DNA of 36,890 nucleotides from a virus: IMG/VR virus record IMGVR_UViG_3300045988_157649; one strand, 5' to 3'. Shown piece by piece: positions 16,691 to 22,839 of this stretch (position 1 is its first letter; each line of letters starts with the position of its first letter). The notes under the pieces were generated by a model. It saw only the letters and a program-made list of their open reading frames with translations, ran no database searches and was not told where the DNA came from. The position numbers and the translations under genes were made by a program.

Positions 16691-16720
16691 GCCCCTGTAA
16701 AAACAGGGGCAATTCTTTTT
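16691..16720. terminator. Bidirectional rho-independent terminator
   Basis: GCCCCTG-TAAAAA-CAGGGGC is flanked by an A-run on the left and a T-run on the right. It sits between convergent genes. Confidence 0.75.
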
Positions 16721-16964
16721 ATTCTGTGAAAAGTTCTTTTGCAAGACCACTTGTGTACTTACAACCAGCAGTGAAGCCTTTTTCTTCGGTTTCGGCTACC
16801 AGCTCGTTTAATAATTCTTCAGCTGTGAAATAATCATCAGCGTTGAGTTTTTCTTTCAAAAATGCAGTAAGTTTTTCCATCTTTTCTCCTCCTGTTGAAA
16901 TTTCCTGTATTTCATCGTTTCTCTCTCTAAGATAACTCTGGTATAAACCGGCGATTTTCTTCAT
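16719..16964 (-). CDS. Hypothetical 81-aa acidic protein (alternative 53-aa form from ATG 16880)
   Basis: AGGAGG precedes ATG 16964. A second strong AGGAGG precedes the internal ATG at 16880 (MEKLTAFLKEKL...). Confidence 0.55.
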   Translation of the reverse strand: MKKIAGLYQSYLRERNDEIQEISTGGEKMEKLTAFLKEKLNADDYFTAEELLNELVAETEEKGFTAGCKYTSGLAKELFTE

Positions 16965-17025
16965 AATAAAGTACCTCCTTAGTATTATGTGGATAGATTT
17001 ACGGCTATACCAAAAGACCATTTAC

Positions 17026-17306
17026 TTTGCCACCGATTTGCCACCGTTGCACAAGTATTGAATAGTGGCATTAAAATTCTTGTGATTTGACTTGGTATTA
17101 AAAACGTGATAAATTCAGCATTTGTCTGGAATACATGGTCATGTTTGATTGCGTATAAATCTTTGTAGAGCATTATACTTTTTAATGTTCTTTTAAGAAT
17201 TACATTTCTCTACATTCCAGAAAAAACAAGGTTTTAACAGCTTATAAATTTATGATTTTTTTATTTGCCACCGATTTGCCACCGCATTTATTACATGGGT
17301 GGCAAA
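17026..17306. promoter_or_regulatory. Putative attP region with integrase arm-type repeats (TTTGCCACC)
   Basis: The 21-bp exact repeat TTTGCCACCGATTTGCCACCG occurs at 17026-17046 and 17264-17284. Each copy is followed by an inverted copy (AGTGGCA near 17062; GGTGGCAAA at 17298-17306). The region lies next to the int 3' end. Confidence 0.55.
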
Positions 17307-18505
17307 ATTTTTTCGCACAGTTTTTCAAACGCTTCTACTGCTTCCCTTTCCATGCTATCTGTACAATGCGCATAGGTATTTAGGGTGGTAGCTATATCTC
17401 TATGTCCAAGACGTTGTTGTACCGCTTTGATGTTAACGCCAGCGGTAACCAGCATAGTGGCATGTGTATGTCGTAATGAATGATAGTCAAATTCTGGAAG
17501 TATTGCTTCTCGGATTTTTTTGGAGATCCTACTTACATCATTCTTGCCAACCCAAACACCATTATCACGGATGCATACGAAAGATATACGGTTCTGCTCT
17601 TGTTCAGATTTTTTAACACCATGCAAATGAATTTCATTTTTCTGATTTATCGGTTCTGATTCGTAAACGGTATAGTATTCTCCGTATAGTATTTCGTTTC
17701 CGATCTGTCGGTGTTTTTCTGCCTTTAGCAAAGCACATAAGGAGTCGCTGATCTGTAACGTTCTTGTAGAGTCGTATTTTGGTGATTTCAGTACCCATCC
17801 GTTACTACCTTGGACACGTTGATACTTGATCTGGATTGTTTTTGCTTCAAGATCGACACAGTCCCAACTTAGAGCTAAACACTCACCAATACGCAATCCG
17901 CAGTTCCAACCAAGCATAAGCAGTATATGTTCATAAGACCCAAAAGGAAACAGATTGATTATCTCTGCATATGACTCCTTTGGGACGATAACCCGTGTTC
18001 GTTTCTTGACTGCAAATTTCCCGATTTTTGCCGTTTTACAGGGATTTATTTGTATATAGTGTAATGGCTCCACAGCATAACCAAACGCGCCAGACAGGAT
18101 GCATTTGATGGACGACACAGTCGATTTTGAATACCCTTTCTCTTTCATAGAATTGAGCAGTTTCTGTATCGTTGCCGTTTGAATTGTAGACAAGCGATAA
18201 GCACCAATAACTGGAATGACGTGTGTACGGATAAGCTGTGTGTAGTTATCAAGTGTATTTGTTGTCAGATTTGGTTTAACATACTGCTCTAGCCATTCAT
18301 CCAGATAATCTCCAACACTGATATTTGATGGCTCAAAGACTGTTCCGGCTCTATTGTATTCTGATAGGGCTTTTGCAAGAGCGGCTTCGGCATCTTTCTT
18401 GGTACGAAATCCTCCTTTCTCAATTTTTTTCCGCTTGCCGCCGACTGCAGCCGCATCAAAATAATATGACCATGTTTTACCACGTTTTCTTGTTCCGCCT
18501 TTCAT
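17291..18505 (-). CDS. int: Tyrosine integrase with an N-terminal arm-binding (AP2-like) domain
   Basis: HSLRHTHATML...LGHRDIATTLNTYAH are catalytic motifs. The N-terminus is KGGTRKRGKTWSYYF. AGGAGG lies 7 nt from ATG 18505, whereas the track start at 18511 is 1 nt from the RBS. Confidence 0.9.
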   Translation of the reverse strand: MKGGTRKRGKTWSYYFDAAAVGGKRKKIEKGGFRTKKDAEAALAKALSEYNRAGTVFEPSNISVGDYLDEWLEQYVKPNLTTNTLDNYTQLIRTHVIPVIGAYRLSTIQTATIQKLLNSMKEKGYSKSTVSSIKCILSGAFGYAVEPLHYIQINPCKTAKIGKFAVKKRTRVIVPKESYAEIINLFPFGSYEHILLMLGWNCGLRIGECLALSWDCVDLEAKTIQIKYQRVQGSNGWVLKSPKYDSTRTLQISDSLCALLKAEKHRQIGNEILYGEYYTVYESEPINQKNEIHLHGVKKSEQEQNRISFVCIRDNGVWVGKNDVSRISKKIREAILPEFDYHSLRHTHATMLVTAGVNIKAVQQRLGHRDIATTLNTYAHCTDSMEREAVEAFEKLCEKILPPM

Positions 18506-18542
18506 AGGCATACCTCCTTTTTATTTTTGGGTATGGCAAATA

Positions 18543-18645
18543 AAGCGGTCTTGTGGTATAATTTGCTTGTTCAGGGCTGTTATACCACGGTATGACCGCT
18601 TATATAATCCTCTTTCCTGTTGGCGCAGGAAGGGGGATTTTTTTG
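18543..18645 (+). ncRNA. Candidate short antisense RNA / structured element in the immA-int spacer
   Basis: Extended -10 (TGGTATAAT, 18554-18562). A 17-bp interrupted hairpin spans 18543-18601. A + strand-only intrinsic terminator sits at 18609-18645 (11-bp stem, then ATTTTTTT). Confidence 0.3.
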
Positions 18646-18647
18646 TT

Positions 18648-19322
18648 TTATATGATCCAGTTTTGGAAATCAAACAAGGTGTTATAGGATGTAATATGAA
18701 TTCCTCTTTGAGCCTGCTTTTTATTGGATAACAGGCGAATATGGTTAATATCACAGCCGTTTTCGTATTGATGAATTTCGTATTTTAGATTGTCAACTCT
18801 TAGCTCAATAACTGCAATTGGAACATTAAAGATGCAGGACAGGAACTCTAGAAATGAGTAATAATCTGCATATGTTTCACAGTTAGAGATTGATTCACAA
18901 AACATAGGGATAAACATTTTATATGGAACTAGCATTTCCGCTGCGCCTTCGTTTGCTTGCCATTCTAGAAAAGGGCTCTGTTGAGGTCGTAAGTTATCAA
19001 AACAATTAAAGGTTTGAAAGTTTTCATTTTTATGTTTTGTAACATGCATAAATTCATGAGCACAGTCAAAGTTTCTTTCTGCTTTATTTCTAGAAGAGTT
19101 CAGAAGTATAATATTTTCCTTTGGAACTGACAAACCTCGCAGAGATCTATCCTTAAAGTCGACTATTCTAACATCTAATTTTTTAAGGTGACTACAAGTT
19201 CTATAAAAATCAAGTCCAACTGCATCTGATTTTATACCCATAAGTTCTTTTGTTTTTGCTACATACTTATACAAATCATCTTTTGTGCAGTAGTTAATAT
19301 GGTGGTTTTCCAAGCTATTCAC
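18648..19322 (-). CDS. ImmA/IrrE-family zinc metalloprotease (anti-repressor protease)
   Basis: HEFMH (HExxH) motif. It is translationally coupled downstream of the XRE repressor. Confidence 0.8.
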   Translation of the reverse strand: MNSLENHHINYCTKDDLYKYVAKTKELMGIKSDAVGLDFYRTCSHLKKLDVRIVDFKDRSLRGLSVPKENIILLNSSRNKAERNFDCAHEFMHVTKHKNENFQTFNCFDNLRPQQSPFLEWQANEGAAEMLVPYKMFIPMFCESISNCETYADYYSFLEFLSCIFNVPIAVIELRVDNLKYEIHQYENGCDINHIRLLSNKKQAQRGIHITSYNTLFDFQNWII

Positions 19323-19647
19323 CTCTTGAGCGTTTTATTGATTTGATTGTTTCAATAGCAAGCTTAATATCTTCAGGATCAATTCCATTTTGTTGCGCTT
19401 CTCTTGCCAAACTAAGGTATATACCGTCCAAATTTTCGATTGAGTTAGTAGGAGTTTCTTCTCCAGTAGCAAGATATTCAGTAGAAACATTCAGGTATTT
19501 CGCAATTTTTCTAAGTCTATCTTCTGGGAAGACTCCCTTTTTTAGTTGACCGATATAACCATTTGAAAATCCCAATTCTTTTTCTAATTTACTTATTGCT
19601 ATTTTCCTTTCTTTGCATATCGCTTTTACCCGCTCTACGCTATTCAT
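19315..19647 (-). CDS. XRE-family repressor (CI/ImmR-like)
   Basis: The HTH is ISKLEKELGFSNGYIGQLKKG. It is divergent from the cro-like gene. RBS GGAGGT. Confidence 0.85.
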   Translation of the reverse strand: MNSVERVKAICKERKIAISKLEKELGFSNGYIGQLKKGVFPEDRLRKIAKYLNVSTEYLATGEETPTNSIENLDGIYLSLAREAQQNGIDPEDIKLAIETIKSIKRSRGE

Positions 19648-19668
19648 AAAATAACCTCCATTTTTTTT

Positions 19669-19697
19669 AGTGTAAAACCTAAAAATGTTCTTGACAA
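19669..19697 (-). promoter_or_regulatory. Leftward repressor promoter (TTGTCA-17-TACACT)
   Basis: Reverse complement of 19692-19697 and 19669-19674. Its -35 overlaps the -35 of the rightward promoter back to back. Confidence 0.45.
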
Positions 19698-19719
19698 AAT
19701 AGAGGATACTCTATATAAT
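19691..19719 (+). promoter_or_regulatory. Rightward early promoter, perfect consensus TTGACA-17-TATAAT
   Basis: TTGACA at 19691-19696 and TATAAT at 19714-19719. Confidence 0.75.
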
Positions 19720-19805
19720 TGGCTTAGAAAGTTAGAGAAAAGCCTAAATATAGAATGACCTCTAAAAAAAGTTTCTGGACAATTCTTATTTTAGAGTATT
19801 ATCTA
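19700..19805. promoter_or_regulatory. Three 14-bp operator-like sites TAGA-N6-TCTA
   Basis: TAGAGGATACTCTA at 19700-19713, inside the promoter spacer. TAGAATGACCTCTA at 19751-19764. TAGAGTATTATCTA at 19792-19805. Confidence 0.5.
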
Positions 19806-19857
19806 TAAAAAGTCAATAGGTTTTTCTCTAACAATTTGATAGAGAGGAGGTAAGTAG

Positions 19858-20073
19858 ATGCTATTAAAACGTCTGGAAGAGTGGTGCAAGGTAAACGGCA
19901 CAAATATCTCAAGATTGGAATCTGAATGTGGACTTGGAAATGCCACAATTAGAGGATGGAACAAATCTATTCCTAGAGCTGATATTCTTTTGCGAGTTTC
20001 TTCAGTAACCAAGATTCCAATTAACGAACTTATAGATTGTATTAACGCTTCGAACAAGGAGGAAAGTAAATGA
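19858..20073 (+). CDS. Cro-like XRE HTH protein
   Basis: 71 aa, first gene of the rightward operon. The HTH is ISRLESECGLGNATIRGW. RBS GAGAGGAGG. Confidence 0.8.
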   Translation: MLLKRLEEWCKVNGTNISRLESECGLGNATIRGWNKSIPRADILLRVSSVTKIPINELIDCINASNKEESK

Positions 20074-20861
20074 ATGAATTACAGATTTTTGAAAATGTGG
20101 AGTTTGGCTCTGTGAGAACACTGATGATAAACGATGCCCCATATTTTGTGGGTAAAGATGTAGCAGAGATTCTCGGATACACAAATTCAAGTAAGGCTCT
20201 GGCTGATCATGTTGATGACGAGGACAAACTCAATAACGAATCGTTATCGAGTTTAGGACAGCGTGGAGGTTGGCTTATCAACGAGTCCGGTCTATACAGT
20301 CTCATCCTTTCAAGCAAGATGCCAAATGCTAAAAAATTTAAGCATTGGGTGACGGCAGAGGTACTTCCTTCCATCAGAAAGACAGGTGGATATATCGTAG
20401 GACAGGAACAACTTACAGATGCTGAATTGATGGCAAAGGCTCTGATGGTGGCTCAAAAAACTATTGAAGCCAGAACGGAAGAAGTCAAATCCCTCAAGAT
20501 GCTAAATGCAGTCCAGCAGCAACAGATTGCAGAGTTGAATCCAAAGGCAACGTATTATGATTTAGTACTGCAGTGTCCTGATTTGATTTCTGTAACGGAA
20601 ATTGCGAAAGATTATGGTAAGAGTGCAAAGTGGTTAAATAAGATTTTATCTGAAAACAAGGTTCAGTATAAACAGCGTGGTGTATGGCTGCTGTATCAGA
20701 AATATGCTGAAAAAGGTTATACAAGCACAAAGAAAGAGCCTTTCATTGACGCAAAGGGTATCCAGCATACCAAACCACATACCTACTGGACTCAGAAAGG
20801 GAGACTGTTTCTCTATGAATTCCTAAAAGGACTTGGGTATCTGCCAATTGTGGAATGGTGA
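20070..20861 (+). CDS. Antirepressor (Bro-N domain plus KilAC domain)
   Basis: LQIFENVEFGSVRTLMINDAPYFVGKDVAEILGY fits Bro-N. The C-terminal half resembles KilAC. Confidence 0.8.
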   Translation: MNELQIFENVEFGSVRTLMINDAPYFVGKDVAEILGYTNSSKALADHVDDEDKLNNESLSSLGQRGGWLINESGLYSLILSSKMPNAKKFKHWVTAEVLPSIRKTGGYIVGQEQLTDAELMAKALMVAQKTIEARTEEVKSLKMLNAVQQQQIAELNPKATYYDLVLQCPDLISVTEIAKDYGKSAKWLNKILSENKVQYKQRGVWLLYQKYAEKGYTSTKKEPFIDAKGIQHTKPHTYWTQKGRLFLYEFLKGLGYLPIVEW

Positions 20862-20918
20862 GGTGATAAAACAAATGGACGAAAAAAAATAATCGCTGCA
20901 ATCCTAGCTTTAGAAGAA

Positions 20919-21209
20919 GTGGTGAATAAAGCAGAAGAATTACATGCGATTACACTATTACAATACGATTCTTTTGTAGAAGGAACATGTTTCGCTAGTA
21001 ATAGCCAGGTTTATAAAACCACCACTAATATCATTGAAAGAGAAGCTGGCGAAGTTCATGAAATGCTACAGGAAAAATTTAATCAGCTATATGGCTTAAT
21101 AAAAGCAGAAAAACCAACTGAAATAGTTCAGAAAGGAGGTAAAGCGGATGAAAGATCAACTGTTATACACAGTGCCGGAGGTTGCCAAAATACTACGGTG
21201 CAATCCTAA
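20919..21209 (+). CDS. Hypothetical early protein (start uncertain, see the A8-tract finding)
   Basis: The ORF is open in the Ant frame from 20862. The first in-frame start is GTG 20919, which has a weak RBS. It overlaps the next gene by 62 nt. Confidence 0.4.
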   Translation: MVNKAEELHAITLLQYDSFVEGTCFASNSQVYKTTTNIIEREAGEVHEMLQEKFNQLYGLIKAEKPTEIVQKGGKADERSTVIHSAGGCQNTTVQS

Positions 21210-21381
21210 CAGGGTTTATGACTTGAACAAAGCCGGCTTGCTGCCATTCCTGAAGCTTGGTCAGCTGAAATGCCGCAGAGAAACTTTAATTGCTTTTCTG
21301 GAAAAATATGAGGGCTATGATGTGTCGGATCCATACAATGTTACGATTTTGCAAGCAGGAACGGATGATAACGAAGTATGA
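21148..21381 (+). CDS. HTH_17 / excisionase-family DNA-binding protein (candidate Xis)
   Basis: LYTVPEVAKILRCNPNRVYDLNKAGLLP. RBS AAAGGAGG. Confidence 0.65.
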   Translation: MKDQLLYTVPEVAKILRCNPNRVYDLNKAGLLPFLKLGQLKCRRETLIAFLEKYEGYDVSDPYNVTILQAGTDDNEV

Positions 21382-21617
21382 AAGAAGGTTGCAGATATGT
21401 AGTTTGCGGCGACTGTGGTCGAATCTGGAACATTGCGAAAGAGCAGGACACCAGACGTGGCTATCTTTGCCCGAAATGTACATACAAGCGCCGTATAGAA
21501 AGGAGGAAAAAAGATGGACAAGCTCATCATTACACTGCTGGTGGTAATCGGAGTGCTGGTTTTGTTTCTGGGAGTTGCTCTGGAGGAAATCAAAGCCCTG
21601 CAACAGGACAAGCGTGA
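21378..21617 (+). CDS. Zinc-ribbon protein (CxxC...CxxC). The 3' third is probably not genuine coding sequence.
   Basis: VCGDCGRIWN...YLCPKCTYK. The tail of the ORF is low-complexity and overlaps the next gene by 104 nt. Confidence 0.45.
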   Translation: MKEGCRYVVCGDCGRIWNIAKEQDTRRGYLCPKCTYKRRIERRKKDGQAHHYTAGGNRSAGFVSGSCSGGNQSPATGQA

Positions 21618-21681
21618 CTGGAAAAACCGCTATTACGCAGCGGCACAGATCAGGTCTAGAGGTGGTGTCAGTGAAAAATGA
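21514..21681 (+). CDS. Small membrane protein (55 aa, N-terminal TM helix plus charged helix)
   Basis: AAAGGAGGAAAAAAG precedes the ATG. The product is MDKLIITLLVVIGVLVLFLGVALEEIKALQQDKRDW.... It has an ATGA overlap with the next gene. It is below the track cutoff. Confidence 0.55.
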   Translation: MDKLIITLLVVIGVLVLFLGVALEEIKALQQDKRDWKNRYYAAAQIRSRGGVSEK

Positions 21682-22034
21682 AACCAGTATGCGACTATGA
21701 TTGTTTTCACTGCCCGTATGAGGACTGCATCAATGATGAAATGAGGCTCGAAGATTATCAGGAAGGAAAGGAGCTAGAGTTAATTTCTGGGGCGAAGAAA
21801 TACAACACTTCGGAATCACATAGAGCCGCTCAGAAGAAATACTACGAGGAAAACAAAGAAAAGGTAGCTGCTTACAGTAAGAAGTACTACGAGGAAAACA
21901 AAGAAAAGGTAGCTGCTCGCAATAAGAAGTACTATGAGGAAAATAAAGAAAAATGGAAGGAGTATAACAAAAAATCAAGACAGAAAAAATCCTCCCTTGC
22001 GTTGGCGCGCAGTGTGGGAGGAAAAGAAAAATAA
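21678..22034 (+). CDS. Cys-rich N-terminus plus a (KKYYEENKEKVAA..) x3 repeat protein
   Basis: CDYDCFHCPYEDC is followed by three 15-aa repeats. Confidence 0.65.
   Translation: MKPVCDYDCFHCPYEDCINDEMRLEDYQEGKELELISGAKKYNTSESHRAAQKKYYEENKEKVAAYSKKYYEENKEKVAARNKKYYEENKEKWKEYNKKSRQKKSSLALARSVGGKEK
21834..21956 (+). repeat. 45-bp in-frame tandem repeat, about 2.7 copies
   Basis: Units start at 21834, 21879 and 21924 and are near-identical at the DNA level. Confidence 0.85.
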
Positions 22035-22075
22035 AAATCACTATTATCGTATCAGAAAACAGGAGGAATTGCAAT

Positions 22076-22309
22076 ATGAATAAATTTATTGATTTTACAC
22101 CAGAGACAGCAGGTGAAGAACATGCCATGTTGGTAGGTCGTTTGGAAGCCTTTGCTAACTATGTGGTACAGGAGGAATACAGTATCAGCAAGGAAATGTG
22201 TGCATCTATTCTGGGGTTTGAACTGCCAGAAGAACAGATTGTAAAATTTGAATCCGATGACAAAGATGAGAATTGGTTTGATGAGAATCAGGATGGTGAT
22301 CTTGCATGA
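22076..22309 (+). CDS. Hypothetical acidic protein (77 aa)
   Basis: RBS AGGAGG. The C-terminus is acidic (ESDDKDENWFDENQDGD). Confidence 0.55.
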   Translation: MNKFIDFTPETAGEEHAMLVGRLEAFANYVVQEEYSISKEMCASILGFELPEEQIVKFESDDKDENWFDENQDGDLA

Positions 22310-22839
22310 AAAATGAAGTAAGTGGGCATTGGAAAAAACTTGTTTCAGATCCGAAATATTTGGGTGCTGCCGATTTAGAAGGTATGCCTGAGATCGCTGG
22401 TACTATTGCTGCCACAGCAAAAGAAATGGTACAGAACGCCAGCGGAAAAGCTGAAAAAACGGTTTTACATTTTGTAGAAAATATTAAACCGTTGGTTTTG
22501 AACGCTACGAATTCTAAGATTATTTCCAAACTTGCTGGAACTCCTATGGTAGAGGGATGGAAAGGAACCAGAATACAGATTTATTATGATCCAAAGGTTA
22601 AATTTGCGGGAGATATGGTCGGTGGTGTACGTGTTCGCCCATATCCACCACGAGAAGGTATTGGAACTATTTCAGGTAAACCTGTTCCATGTGAAAACTG
22701 CGGAGCAAATATCAAACCATTTGGGAAAATGTCTACAGAACAAGTAGCAGCTCATACTAAAGCGAAGTATGGGAAAGCATTATGTTCAGACTGTGCAACC
22801 GAATTTGCAGCGAAAAAACAGGAGGTAACTGAAGAATGA
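22306..22839 (+). CDS. Hypothetical recombination-module protein with a C-terminal zinc ribbon
   Basis: 177 aa with CENCG...CSDC. It is translationally coupled to the ATPase gene. Confidence 0.55.
   Translation: MKNEVSGHWKKLVSDPKYLGAADLEGMPEIAGTIAATAKEMVQNASGKAEKTVLHFVENIKPLVLNATNSKIISKLAGTPMVEGWKGTRIQIYYDPKVKFAGDMVGGVRVRPYPPREGIGTISGKPVPCENCGANIKPFGKMSTEQVAAHTKAKYGKALCSDCATEFAAKKQEVTEE

Noticed and set aside
16985-17173. 62-aa - strand ORF inside the attP-like region. A tRNA-derived core sequence was also sought there.
   Set aside because: The ORF has no RBS and lies in an AT-rich non-coding context between the arm-site clusters. No tRNA 3'-end-like sequence (T-arm or acceptor) could be seen, so no claim about the integration target is made.
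18521-18754. 77-aa - strand ORF spanning the immA 3' end and the int leader.
   Set aside because: It overlaps the ImmA-like ORF out of frame, has no RBS, and covers hairpin and terminator structures.
19803-20057. 84-aa - strand ORF opposite the cro-like gene.
   Set aside because: It is a shadow of a + strand HTH gene that has a strong RBS and promoter. It has no RBS of its own.
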